A stretch of 64,000 nucleotides of DNA, from positions 9,922-73,921 of the forward strand of contig UQYI01000006.1 of assembly GCA_900545265.1 (NCBI GenBank), given 5' to 3'. Below are positions 26,539 to 36,244 of the stretch, in pieces. Positions within the stretch are counted from its first letter, which is position 1. The number at the start of each line of letters is the position of its first letter. Below the pieces are notes generated by a model. It ran no database searches. It was not told the DNA's origin and saw only the letters and a list, made by a program, of their open reading frames with translations. The translations under genes and the position numbers were made by a program. The stretch comes from an uncultured Eubacteriales bacterium (GTDB lineage: Bacteria > Bacillota > Clostridia > Christensenellales > CAG-138).

Positions 26539-27582
26539 ATGCGGTTTTTCGGTTCGGCAGATTTGGGTTTGGATCTGGGCACAGCCAATGTGCTGGCCTA
26601 TGTTCGGGGTAAAGGCATTGTATTGCGGGAGCCTTCCGTAGTGGCGGTGGAGCGGGGCAGCGGCAAGCTGGTGGCCATCGGCAACGAGGCCAAAGAAATG
26701 CTGGGCCGGGCTCCGGAGAACCTGATCGTGCTGCGGCCGCTGCAGGATGGGGTCATCGCCAGCTTTGACGCCACGGAACGGATGCTCTCACAGTATTTCA
26801 ATCAGGTGGTGGGCAACCGTATCTTTTTCAAGCCCCGGGTGGTCATCGCTGTGCCCAGCCGGGCTACAGAGGTAGAAAAGCGGGCCGTTATCGAAACCAG
26901 CGAAGGGGCCGGCGCCCGGTATACCTATCTTATCGAAGAGCCTATGGCCGCCGCCATTGGGGCAGGCATAGATATATTTTCCGGCAAAGGCAGCATGGTG
27001 CTGGATATGGGGGCAGGTACCAGCGATATGGTGGTCACCTCCTTTGGTAAGCTGGTCCACTCCGATTCCCTGCGGGTGGGGGGCGATAAGTTTGACGAGG
27101 CTATCGTCCGTTACTTCAAGCGGCAGCACGGCATCGTCATCGGCCTGAAAGCCGCGGAAGAGCTGAAGATCCGCTATGGCTCCGCCTATCCTCGCACCAA
27201 GGAGGACGAGCTGCTCATGGATGTAAAGGGCCGCTCTCTGGGGGGCGGGCTGCCTCTGGCTTTGCAGCTGGGGAGCAACGAGCTTACCTATGCTCTCAGC
27301 GAGCCTTTGCGCTCTATTGTGGAACAGCTCAAGGATGCACTGGAGCAGACTCCACCCGAATTGTGCGGAGATATTACCGAAAACGGCATCTGCCTTACGG
27401 GCGGCAGCGCCCAGTTGTATGGGCTGGACAAGTTTATCTCCGAGCAGACCGGCGTGCCATGCTTTGTGGCGGAAGATCCGGTGGCCTGTGTGGCCATCGG
27501 CGCCGGGAAGGTGCTGGAGGATATGCGCCTGTATGAAGATGTGATCTATGATTACCGCCGGGGAGATTATTATCAAGAGTAG
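26539..27582 (+). CDS. mreB: Rod-shape determining actin homologue MreB/Mbl
   Basis: DLGIDLGTANVL-type phosphate-1 motif (LGLDLGTANVL), DMGAGTSD and GGSAQLYGL. Confidence 0.9.
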   Translation: MRFFGSADLGLDLGTANVLAYVRGKGIVLREPSVVAVERGSGKLVAIGNEAKEMLGRAPENLIVLRPLQDGVIASFDATERMLSQYFNQVVGNRIFFKPRVVIAVPSRATEVEKRAVIETSEGAGARYTYLIEEPMAAAIGAGIDIFSGKGSMVLDMGAGTSDMVVTSFGKLVHSDSLRVGGDKFDEAIVRYFKRQHGIVIGLKAAEELKIRYGSAYPRTKEDELLMDVKGRSLGGGLPLALQLGSNELTYALSEPLRSIVEQLKDALEQTPPELCGDITENGICLTGGSAQLYGLDKFISEQTGVPCFVAEDPVACVAIGAGKVLEDMRLYEDVIYDYRRGDYYQE

Positions 27583-27588
27583 GAGTTT

Positions 27589-28341
27589 ATGAAAGCAAAA
27601 CGGATCGTATTGTGCGTGATCGGCGGCGTGCTGGTGCTGGATACCTGCATTGCCGCCTTTTTATCCAACTATAACCTGGGGGTTATCCTGCCAGGGTGTC
27701 TGGGGCTGCCGCTGCTGCTGCTGGGCATTTTTCTGCCCCATACCCAAAAGGGGACAGGACGGTGGATCCGCCGGTGTCTTACGGGGTGTTATATTCTGGG
27801 TACGGCTCTGCTGCTCTTTTTGGGAGGGCTGATGATCCGGGGCACCACGGGAGGTCAGGGAAAGGAAGCCGATGGACTTATCGTTCTGGGGGCTGCCCTC
27901 CACGGAGAAAAGGTCACCTGGGTGCTTTCCAATCGGCTGGATACGGCCGCAGCATACCTGAAGGCCCACCCCGGCACGCTTTGTGTGGTCAGCGGGGGAC
28001 AGGGGGCAGGAGAAAGCTGTACCGAAGCTTCCGCCATGAAAAAATATCTGGTAGAAAAACAGGGTATTGATCCGGAACGGATCCTTACGGAGGAAAAGGC
28101 TTCCAGCACCAAGGAAAACTTCCTTTTCAGCAAAACCATTCTGGAAGAGCGCCTGGGCCGGGAGGGAACGCTGGCCTTTGTGACTACAGACTTTCATGTG
28201 TTTCGGGCAGGACGTACAGCGGCGGGCTGCGGCATAGAAGCCTTTGGCGTAGCGGCTCCGGATGTATGGTATCTGCGGCCCAACAACTTCCTCAGGGAAT
28301 GCGTAGGCATCTGCTACTACTTTGTAAAGGGCTGGATCTGA
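27589..28341 (+). CDS. DUF218 (YdcF/SanA/ElyC-like) membrane protein
   Basis: N-terminal TM helices followed by LIVLGAAL...VVSGGQG..E..AM..YL, typical of DUF218. Confidence 0.8.
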   Translation: MKAKRIVLCVIGGVLVLDTCIAAFLSNYNLGVILPGCLGLPLLLLGIFLPHTQKGTGRWIRRCLTGCYILGTALLLFLGGLMIRGTTGGQGKEADGLIVLGAALHGEKVTWVLSNRLDTAAAYLKAHPGTLCVVSGGQGAGESCTEASAMKKYLVEKQGIDPERILTEEKASSTKENFLFSKTILEERLGREGTLAFVTTDFHVFRAGRTAAGCGIEAFGVAAPDVWYLRPNNFLRECVGICYYFVKGWI

Positions 28342-28388
28342 AAAAACGGCGATTTTGCAAAGGCCCCTGCATCCACTAGTCGCTCCAC

Positions 28389-28477
28389 TTATCCACATGG
28401 AGTTATCCACATTATCCACAGCCTTATCCACCATTCCAGTGGAATAAGGCTTTTTTGTTGCAATTTTGTGTGGAAAA
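28389..28477 (+). promoter_or_regulatory. DnaA-box cluster
   Basis: Perfect TTATCCACA boxes at 28389-28397, 28403-28411 and 28412-28420. TTATCCACC at 28424-28432. Inverted TTTTCCACA at 28469-28477. Confidence 0.8.
28421..28456 (+). terminator. Rho-independent terminator overlapping DnaA box 4
   Basis: GCCTTATCCAC...GTGGAATAAGGC stem (one bulge) followed by TTTTTT. Confidence 0.6.
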
Positions 28478-28656
28478 GGGACAAGTTATCTTCTTTGGCC
28501 CTGAAATTTTTTATGGCTGCCTGCAAGTTTCCTTGTCGGATCATGCAGATGGGGCAGGCGCACAAAAGGCAGCAGATCCGGCTCTCCGGGGAAAAAAGCT
28601 CCCCTGTTGGCGGGGATGGGGGGCTGCGGCTCGGGGCGGAGTTGTATACGGGACCC

Positions 28657-28743
28657 GGGGGCGCACGTTCCGGCGGCTTTGCCGCCGGAACTCTGCGGGG
28701 CTTCGCCCCCGCAGGCGTGCCGTCAGGCACGCAGTGCGCCCCC
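28657..28743 (+). repeat. Family A cloverleaf repeat, copy A7
   Basis: Full consensus with loops ctttg / cttcgc / gtca. GTATAC at 28644-28649. Confidence 0.9.
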
Positions 28744-28916
28744 GCCCTTCGCTTCCCAACAGCCCCCGCTTACCCGGCCTCCCCGCCCCGGTCCCCTCGT
28801 GCCCGGTTGCTCCGCAGAAAAGAAAAAAACGTGGGGAACGGTTGACAAACCGATATATCCGTGTTAGTATGCTTAATACAGTTGGACGAAACCAAAATAC
28901 AAACGAGGGAGACGCC

Positions 28917-29291
28917 ATGTTTGATATCGATCGTTTTTCCCCTACGCCGGTATATGTGCAGGTGGTGGAACAGGTGACCCGCCTGATCGCCGGTGGGGTC
29001 ATGGAGCCGGGAGAGCCTCTGCCTTCGGTGCGGGCCCTGTCTGCCCAGTTGAACGTAAACCCCAATACCCTGCAAAGGGCCTATATGGAGCTGGACAGCC
29101 GAGGGCTGACCCGGGCTGTGCCCGGCAGCGGGCGGTTCATCGCTCCGGATGCCCGGGAACGGCTCCTGCCCGCCAACAAAAAGGAGCTGGAGGAGTTTTC
29201 ACGGCTGAGCCGCACCCTGCTGGACAGCGGTGTACCTTATGAGACCCTGATCTCCCTGCTCAGGGAACAGAAAGAAAGGAGCAGTTTATGA
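28917..29291 (+). CDS. GntR-family (YtrA subfamily) transcriptional regulator
   Basis: Winged HTH LPSVRALSAQLNVNPNTLQRAYMELD in a short 124 aa YtrA-like protein. Start ATG at 28917. The upstream part of the track ORF crosses repeat A7. Confidence 0.85.
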   Translation: MFDIDRFSPTPVYVQVVEQVTRLIAGGVMEPGEPLPSVRALSAQLNVNPNTLQRAYMELDSRGLTRAVPGSGRFIAPDARERLLPANKKELEEFSRLSRTLLDSGVPYETLISLLREQKERSSL

Positions 29292-30202
29292 TTCGAGGAG
29301 AGCATATCACCAAGCGCTTTGGGGCGGCCTGCGCCCTGGAGAATGTGACCTGCGCCATTCCCGAAGGGAAGATATACGGTCTGGTAGGGGCCAACGGAGC
29401 AGGTAAAAGCACTCTGCTGCGGCTGTTTGCCGGGATCTATCGGCCGGATGCCGGGCAGATCACGCTGGACGGCCTGCCCCTGCCGGAAAATCCTTCCGCC
29501 CGGGCCCGGGTGGTGCTGGTGCCGGATGAGCTGTATTTTCTGCCCCAGGGCAACCTGCGGCGTATGGCGGCCCTGTATGAAAGCGCGTATGACCGCTTTG
29601 ACGGCAAAGCCTTTGAGACCCTGTGCGGCCGGTTCCAGCTGCCCATGGCGGCGCCCATACGCACCTTTTCCAAGGGAATGAAGCGCCAGAGCGCCATACT
29701 GCTGGCGCTGTGCGCCCGGCCGGACTACCTGCTTATGGACGAAACCTTTGACGGACTGGATCCCATGGTGCGCAATGAGGTCCGCAGCCTTTTATATGAG
29801 CAGATCTGCCAGCGGAACATGACGGCGGTGCTTTCCAGCCATTCTCTCCGGGAACTGGAGGATACCTGCGATCAGCTGAGCCTTTTGTATAAGGGGGGCC
29901 TTGTGTTTGAAAGCGAGGTGAATGCCCTGAAGACCAAACTGTTCAAGATCCAGGCGGCCTTTGGGGAAGCCTTTGGACGGGAGAAGCTGGAAGGGCTGGA
30001 TATACTCAGCTACAGCCAGCAGGGTAGGGTATGCAGCGCCATCGTCCGGGGGGAGAGAGAACAGGCCCGGCAGCTGCTGCTGGAGCGGGGGGCTCTGTTG
30101 GCCGAAATACTGCCCCTGCGGCTGGAAGAGGTCTTCCTGTATGAAATGGAGGCTCTGGGCTATTCCTTTAAGAGTTTTGAAAAGGAGGCAGAAAATGCGT
30201 AA
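29288..30202 (+). CDS. ABC transporter ATP-binding protein
   Basis: Walker A GANGAGKST, signature-like FSKGMKRQ and Walker B LLMDETFDGLD. Overlaps the regulator stop by 4 nt. Confidence 0.9.
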   Translation: MIRGEHITKRFGAACALENVTCAIPEGKIYGLVGANGAGKSTLLRLFAGIYRPDAGQITLDGLPLPENPSARARVVLVPDELYFLPQGNLRRMAALYESAYDRFDGKAFETLCGRFQLPMAAPIRTFSKGMKRQSAILLALCARPDYLLMDETFDGLDPMVRNEVRSLLYEQICQRNMTAVLSSHSLRELEDTCDQLSLLYKGGLVFESEVNALKTKLFKIQAAFGEAFGREKLEGLDILSYSQQGRVCSAIVRGEREQARQLLLERGALLAEILPLRLEEVFLYEMEALGYSFKSFEKEAENA

Positions 30203-32156
30203 GCTGTTTCGTGAAAATTTCCGCCGCCTTGCTCCGGCAGGGCTGCTGCTGACACTGCTTTTCGGCGCCCTGTCGGTGATCCTCAGCATAAACCGACAGC
30301 CGGATGTGATCAATATTGAGGAGATCAGTTTTATTCTGTATGCGTTCCCCTATATAGGGGGCGTAGTGCTGAGCTTGACGGGCTTTTCCTTCCTCCATTC
30401 ACGGGCGGCCAGCGATCTGTATCTGGGCCTGCCCTATCGGCGGCGCACCCTGTATACGGGAGTGGTGCTGGGGATACTGGCCTGGGGCGGGCTGATCCTG
30501 GGTCTGTCTTTGGGTCTGACGTGGCTGTGCCTTTCTTTAAGGGGATGCCTGTTTTTGCGGATCCACCTGCTGGTGCTGTTTGTTTACTGGTTCATTGCCT
30601 TTGTGCTGGTGGCGGGGGCCTTTATACTGGGTCAGTGCTTTTCCGGTACCCGGTTCTTTGGCTTTTCCTGGGGAATGCTGGTGCTGTGCCTGCCCCGGTA
30701 TATTCTGGGGCTGCTGGCTTTCTATATAGCCCAGACGGTGGGCAGCGTAGCAGGGGACTTTACGAGCATATGGCTGCAGCCCCGGTGGAATCTGGCCACG
30801 GGACCCCTGATGAGCTTTTTTGAAGGCCGTAATTCTTTCGATTTTTATGAGGTGCGGTTCTATATATACAGCCTGCTGCTGGGGGCGGCCACGCTGGCTT
30901 TGGGAGCCTGTGCTTTTCAAAAGCGGCGGGCAGAGCTTTCCGGCTCCGCCGCCGTCACACCGGCAAAGCAGCACCTTTGCAGTGCGCTGGTGGCTTTTGT
31001 GCCCGCCTTTGCCGGGCTGATCCTCCTGCAGCTGGCAAGGGACGATGCCAGCGTTATAGCCATATTTCTGGTCATCGGGCTGCTGACCTATGTGGGATAT
31101 GAGCTGGTGGCTTCCCGGAGCATCAAAAAGTCTTTGACTTCCCTGTACTGGTACGGCTTCTCCCTGCTGGCGGGCGTTTTGTTCCTGCTTATGGGCGTTC
31201 TGGGCGGCGTCCTGTATGAAAAGATGATCCCCACAAAACCGGAGCAGATCGCCAGTGTGCAGTTTATCCAATATGACACTGAATTCGCCGACCAGCAATA
31301 CCGGCTGAGCCGGGTAAAGCTGCAGGAGGAGCGGATCCGTTCGCTGGTCTGTCAGGCGCTGCAAACAAAAGGCGGTTTTAGTGTGAATTCCTTTGGCTAT
31401 GCCGGAGGTATCTATGACTATGAGGGGAAACGCTGGATAAAGCTGCTGGTCACGCTGCAAAACGGTATGACTCTTTCCCTGCGCTGCCCCATGGATGAGG
31501 AGCTGCAGGCAGCCGTTCTGCAGAACGAGCAGGTACAAAAAGTCCTTTCCGTATCCGCCATGCCCCGGGGAAAGGCAGTGCTGGCCGAAAAAATCTGTAT
31601 GGATAGTATGCGTGGTGTGTGCAGAAAAGGCGGCGAGCTTTACGAAATGTATCTTCGGGAGATGGAAAATGCTCCGGGACCGGGAGCGGAAGCGAAAGTA
31701 GCCAGCATGAGTGTCTGGCTGCGGGAGGGGCTGCGGCTTTTTGAGGATAAGATAAATATCTACCGTACACAGACCCCTGAAACAGCCCAGGTGCTGATAG
31801 CCCTGAGCCGGGAGGAAAACGGCCTGTCTCAGGCGGCCTGGAGAACCTTATGGGGAGAGGATTATTATATCCGGGATATCGGTGAAGGAGACGAGACGAG
31901 TATATGGGTATTCTCTCACTACCAGACTTTTGCACAGATAGCGGAGCTGCTGCATGAGATGCCTCTGGCAGAGGGGACGGAAAAGCACCTGCTGCAGGTA
32001 TACTCCTACAGCCTGATGCAGCAAGATGAGAAAAGCGTGGTGCCTGGGAGCTATAATATATTTCTGGCTCCCGATGAGACCCAGTATCAAACCTTCCTGA
32101 CCCTGATGGAAAAGCTGGATCAGGAGAGGGAGAAAGTGTCTTTTGCGGATTTCTGA
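30195..32156 (+). CDS. Multi-pass membrane protein with large C-terminal soluble domain (putative permease partner of the ABC ATPase)
   Basis: Start MRKLFRENFRRL at 30195, after AAGGAGG. About 10 hydrophobic segments, then a roughly 280 aa non-membrane domain of unknown fold. Confidence 0.65.
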   Translation: MRKLFRENFRRLAPAGLLLTLLFGALSVILSINRQPDVINIEEISFILYAFPYIGGVVLSLTGFSFLHSRAASDLYLGLPYRRRTLYTGVVLGILAWGGLILGLSLGLTWLCLSLRGCLFLRIHLLVLFVYWFIAFVLVAGAFILGQCFSGTRFFGFSWGMLVLCLPRYILGLLAFYIAQTVGSVAGDFTSIWLQPRWNLATGPLMSFFEGRNSFDFYEVRFYIYSLLLGAATLALGACAFQKRRAELSGSAAVTPAKQHLCSALVAFVPAFAGLILLQLARDDASVIAIFLVIGLLTYVGYELVASRSIKKSLTSLYWYGFSLLAGVLFLLMGVLGGVLYEKMIPTKPEQIASVQFIQYDTEFADQQYRLSRVKLQEERIRSLVCQALQTKGGFSVNSFGYAGGIYDYEGKRWIKLLVTLQNGMTLSLRCPMDEELQAAVLQNEQVQKVLSVSAMPRGKAVLAEKICMDSMRGVCRKGGELYEMYLREMENAPGPGAEAKVASMSVWLREGLRLFEDKINIYRTQTPETAQVLIALSREENGLSQAAWRTLWGEDYYIRDIGEGDETSIWVFSHYQTFAQIAELLHEMPLAEGTEKHLLQVYSYSLMQQDEKSVVPGSYNIFLAPDETQYQTFLTLMEKLDQEREKVSFADF

Positions 32157-32176
32157 TCGTTGGCCGGCTGGTATGC

Positions 32177-32206
32177 AAACGCCTCCCGTTTGAGGGAGGC
32201 GTTTTT
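32177..32206. terminator. Bidirectional terminator between convergent genes
   Basis: AAACGCCTCCC gtttga GGGAGGCGTTTTT. Confidence 0.8.
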
Positions 32207-32296
32207 GTGTGGGATAAACCCATGAGAAAGAAGGCAAAACGGGGTCGGTTCCCGAGGAAAATGCTTTCCCGCAGCCGGGCTCCGTATAGCCGCGGC

Positions 32297-33505
32297 TTAC
32301 TTCTTCCAGACGACTATCACTATATCGTTCAGGTATCCGGCCATGTGGTAATCCGCCTGAGGCATGGCTTCCAGCAGGGAGGAGATCTCCTTCTCCGTCA
32401 GGCCCTGTACCAGCAGGTTGGCCTGTTCCCCGGCTTCCAGTGCGGCCAGCACCTTTTCGGTAAAGGCGGCGCCGTCCCGCACCACGGCGTCATGGGCCGG
32501 ATAATACCACAGGGAGTAGTCCTGGGCGGGGGCATAGGCGCTTTCCTCCCAGCAGTGGGTCTTTTTCAGCTCGTCCGCAGGGATAAACAGATAGGCCTTT
32601 GAACTGGTGCCGTCGTTGCCCGCAAAGGCATCGTCAAAGGTGCAGTCCACATAGTACCAGTTTTCTCCCACCCGTACCTGATTCCAGTTATGGGGCACAC
32701 CGGAACCGGTACCCGTGACCTGAGTGCATTCCATGCCCAGCATGGTGGTGAGCATGTAAAAGGCGTCGGCATAGCCCTGACAGATGGAATTGTGGTCTAT
32801 CATGGCCCCATAGGCCGTGATGCCCCAGTCAAAGGTATAGCTGCTGTTCAGAGCCTTGAACAGCTCCATATCATACTGCACGGTTCCGGCCAGATAGTCA
32901 TGGATGGCGATGCACTGTTCCTCCTGGCTCATGTCCTCCCGGATGTTTTCCTTTAACCAGCGGTCCGCTTCCTCATACAGGGCCAGCTCCTTTTCGGAAA
33001 GGCGGGAGGTATCCTTGTGGGTATAGGCCCAGGCTACGTTGTCTCCCGGGTAATAGGTCACGGTCAGGATATAGTGCTTGCCCAGATCCCCGGGCTGCAT
33101 CTTGGGATTGATCCAGCAAATGTGGTACTTCTCGCAGAACTCCTGGGCAGACAGGCCCAGCCCTATGCTCCTGTCGCAGGTAAAAACAATGTTCCGGCAT
33201 TTTTTGGCCAGGCAGTCCTCTATAAAGGCGAACATCCCTTCTTCGGTTTTAAAGGCAGGCTGTTTGGAAAAATCTACGGAGGAAAGGCTCAGCTTGCTGC
33301 CGTAAAGATCGATGTCCGTCATATCTTCCATGGAGTAGTTTTCCGGCTCCGGAGCCGGGGAAGCTTCCTGGGTCGGGGAAGCTTCGGCCGTGGGCGCTGC
33401 CGTGACCCGGGCCATGGGGGCCGGCTCCTCCTGCACGGGAGCCGTACAGCCGCTCAGCAGCAGGGCTGCCAGAAGCAGGCACAAAAGAGAGAGGCTTTTT
33501 TTCAT
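32297..33505 (-). CDS. Lipoprotein with transglutaminase-like cysteine protease core
   Basis: Lipobox LLSGC. Catalytic-triad pattern CQGYADAF ... HNWNQV ... VDCTFDD. Confidence 0.75.
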   Translation of the reverse strand: MKKSLSLLCLLLAALLLSGCTAPVQEEPAPMARVTAAPTAEASPTQEASPAPEPENYSMEDMTDIDLYGSKLSLSSVDFSKQPAFKTEEGMFAFIEDCLAKKCRNIVFTCDRSIGLGLSAQEFCEKYHICWINPKMQPGDLGKHYILTVTYYPGDNVAWAYTHKDTSRLSEKELALYEEADRWLKENIREDMSQEEQCIAIHDYLAGTVQYDMELFKALNSSYTFDWGITAYGAMIDHNSICQGYADAFYMLTTMLGMECTQVTGTGSGVPHNWNQVRVGENWYYVDCTFDDAFAGNDGTSSKAYLFIPADELKKTHCWEESAYAPAQDYSLWYYPAHDAVVRDGAAFTEKVLAALEAGEQANLLVQGLTEKEISSLLEAMPQADYHMAGYLNDIVIVVWKK

Positions 33506-33520
33506 CCGGAAACTCCTTTC

Positions 33521-34861
33521 TTACTCTTCCTGACCGGCAACGGCCAATGCGCTTATAAGCAGAGCCGGGGCCTGGATATAGCCTTCGTTCCCGCGCATCC
33601 ATATGAGTTCGCTGCCCAGTGCCTCTACATTCTGCAGAAGCTCGGAAAAGCTTCCGGCAATGGTGATCTGGCTGACCCCACGCACGGGCTTTCCGTCTTC
33701 CACCGCATATCCCGCAGATATCAGGGAAAAGTTTCCCGTGGCGGCATTGGCGCCTGCAAATACGCCGTTGACTTCCGTAATATACAGGCCTCTGCCCAAC
33801 CGGGCCAGAAGGGCGCCGGTGGTATCCGCTCCCGCTTCCAGCACCATATTGGTAAAGCCCGTGGCGGCTTCGCTGCCGAATTCCTGTATAAAGCCGTTTC
33901 CCGTAGAGGGGCAGCCTGCCTGTGCGGCGCTTTCCCGATTATAAAGATAGCTTTGCAGCCGTCCTCCGGCAATAAGGGTCTTTTCCCGGGTCGGGGTGCG
34001 TTCATCGTCAAAGCGGCGGCGGCAAAGTCCCTTTTCCATAAGAGGCAGCTCCCGGAGCACTACGCTTTCGGCGGCGATCCGTTCCCCCAGCTTTCCTTCC
34101 AGGGCGCTGGTGTGGCTCTGCACCTGCCGGGCGGCAAAGGCCGGGGCAAAGGCATTCAGCAGCTCACATACCACCCGGGCCGAAAGCAGCACCCGGTGCC
34201 GCCCCGTGGTATAGGAACCGGCGTTCAGCATGGCGGCGGCATCCAGAGCGGCCTGCCGGGCCAGCGTGCGCATATCCGGCAGCGCACCGGGCAGAAAGGG
34301 CACAGTACACCGCCCCATTTGGACGGTGTTCCCTTCCATGGCTTCCAGCGACATATAAAACCCGGCGGCGGCGGTGCTGTCCTTCAGGCAGCGGCCCTCG
34401 CCGTTCAAAAGCAGCAGCTTCTTTCGTTCTTCCCAATAGGAGCAGCCCTGCACCTCTTTTACGGCGCTGTGGGCGGCATAGGCGGCCTTTTCCGCCTCCA
34501 GAAGCTTTTCTGCCAGCGTATCGGCGGGAAGAATCGCCGGTTCCCCGGGCTGGGTTTCTTCCGGAAGCTCCGGAAAGGCATAGGGGGCAAAGGGCCTTTT
34601 CCGGGCCAATGCGCTTTCCTTCAGCAGCCGCACATGCTCCGGGAAAAGGCTTTCGGAAAGATCTTCCACAAACAGACTGCCGTAAAACCCTTCCGTTTCC
34701 GCTTCTATAAATACCCGCTGCAGCCGGGAGGTCTCCAGACTTTCCAGCGCGCCGTGATACACATGCAGGCTTCGCTGCTGCCGTTCCTCGGCATAAAATT
34801 CCAGCCGGTTCAGCCCCCGGGAGCGGGCGTATGCCGTAAAGGCTTTAACGAAATTTTCCAT
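33521..34861 (-). CDS. pmbA: PmbA/TldE-family metalloprotease partner
   Basis: TldD/PmbA-fold sequence lacking HExxxH. Start overlaps the tldD stop (TAATG). Confidence 0.8.
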   Translation of the reverse strand: MENFVKAFTAYARSRGLNRLEFYAEERQQRSLHVYHGALESLETSRLQRVFIEAETEGFYGSLFVEDLSESLFPEHVRLLKESALARKRPFAPYAFPELPEETQPGEPAILPADTLAEKLLEAEKAAYAAHSAVKEVQGCSYWEERKKLLLLNGEGRCLKDSTAAAGFYMSLEAMEGNTVQMGRCTVPFLPGALPDMRTLARQAALDAAAMLNAGSYTTGRHRVLLSARVVCELLNAFAPAFAARQVQSHTSALEGKLGERIAAESVVLRELPLMEKGLCRRRFDDERTPTREKTLIAGGRLQSYLYNRESAAQAGCPSTGNGFIQEFGSEAATGFTNMVLEAGADTTGALLARLGRGLYITEVNGVFAGANAATGNFSLISAGYAVEDGKPVRGVSQITIAGSFSELLQNVEALGSELIWMRGNEGYIQAPALLISALAVAGQEE

Positions 34862-36243
34862 TATTCCAACCCTCCTACCAGGATCTGCTTTACCCGCAGA
34901 GTGGGCTGACCGGCGTTGATATACAGGGCACCGCTGTTGTTATAGCAGTAGCCCTGGCCCAGCAGCAGGTTGTTCCCCACCATATCCACGTTTTTGAGCA
35001 CCTCTGCACCGTTGCCGATAAGGGTAGCCCCGTAAACGGGCCGGGTGATGCGCCCGTTTTCAATGAGCCAGGCATCCAGCACGTTGAAGTTGAAATCTCC
35101 CGTGACCGGGTTTACGGAACCGCCGTTGATATTGCCCACATACAGCCCCTTTTCCGTAGCGGAAATGATCTGCTCCCGGGTGCTTTCTCCGGGGGCGATA
35201 AAGGTGTTGGTCATGCGGGATTCGGGGCAGAAACGGTAGTTCTGCCGGCGGCAGGAGCCCGTAGGCGCCATGCCCATGCGGCGGCCTTCCAGCCGGTCGA
35301 TCATATAGCTTCTAAGTATGCCCCTGTGGATCAGCACGTTCCGCCGGGTGGGTATGCCCTCATCGTCCATGTGCAGGGAACCCCATTCTCCGGGCAGGGA
35401 GCCATCGTCTATCAGGGTCACCAGCGGGGAAGCCACCTGCTCCCCCAGCTTTCCGGAAAATTCGGAATGTCCCTTGGCTACGGAGCTGGCCTCCAGACTG
35501 TGGCCGCAGGCTTCATGGAACATAAGCCCTCCAAAGCCGTGATCCACCACCACGGGCATCAGGCCGCTGGGACATTTTTCTCCCCGGGCGGCGCTGAGCG
35601 CCTGTTCGGCGGCCCGGCGGGCGCAGGCGGGCAGATCCAGCTTTTCATAAAATTCCAGTCCGCCCATGGCTCCGGGGCCGTAATAGCCGTTCTGCAGGTT
35701 GCCTTCGTGGCAGGCGTAGGCACTGATGAGCATGCGGGTCTTGGGCTGGTGATCCTCCCCCATAAAGCCGAGACTGTTGGCTACCAGAATATGCCTGTCC
35801 TCGTCCAGATAGCGGACGCTTACCTGGGTGATCTCCGGGTCGCAGGCCTGACCGGCTTCCGTCACCTGGCGGCACAGGTCCAGCTTTCGGGCGAATCCGG
35901 CGCTGTCCAGGGGGATCCTTACGGGTTCCTCATAAGCGGCAGTAGCTTTCAGGGGCTGGGGCTGAGTCTTTTTCTCCCCGCACAGAGCGGTCAGCTCCCG
36001 GGTCAGGGCCAGAAGGGTTTGCTCCCGCAGGTCGTTGGTGTAGGCATAGTAGCACCGCAGCCCGGAAAACAGCCGGATGCCCACGCCGTTTTCCCGACCC
36101 TGGGCGCTGCCGGATATCCCGTCCTTCTGCAGGGTAAAACTGCACCGGCGGGTATCCTCCCAAAAAATCTCGCCGTAATCACTCCCGCCGGAGCAGGCAG
36201 CGTCCAGCACCCGTTCCAGAGTGCTCTGGGACAACTGGGCCAT
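34861..36243 (-). CDS. tldD: TldD metalloprotease
   Basis: HEACGHSLE zinc motif and full-length TldD similarity. Confidence 0.9.
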   Translation of the reverse strand: MAQLSQSTLERVLDAACSGGSDYGEIFWEDTRRCSFTLQKDGISGSAQGRENGVGIRLFSGLRCYYAYTNDLREQTLLALTRELTALCGEKKTQPQPLKATAAYEEPVRIPLDSAGFARKLDLCRQVTEAGQACDPEITQVSVRYLDEDRHILVANSLGFMGEDHQPKTRMLISAYACHEGNLQNGYYGPGAMGGLEFYEKLDLPACARRAAEQALSAARGEKCPSGLMPVVVDHGFGGLMFHEACGHSLEASSVAKGHSEFSGKLGEQVASPLVTLIDDGSLPGEWGSLHMDDEGIPTRRNVLIHRGILRSYMIDRLEGRRMGMAPTGSCRRQNYRFCPESRMTNTFIAPGESTREQIISATEKGLYVGNINGGSVNPVTGDFNFNVLDAWLIENGRITRPVYGATLIGNGAEVLKNVDMVGNNLLLGQGYCYNNSGALYINAGQPTLRVKQILVGGLE

Positions 36244-36244
36244 G

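Noticed and set aside
28389-28530. Calling the DnaA-box cluster the bona fide oriC.
   Set aside because: I could not identify DnaA-trios or a clear 13-mer/27-mer type DUE. The dnaA gene and its flanks are outside the window, and box 4 is part of a terminator hairpin. It is kept as a DnaA-box cluster finding only.
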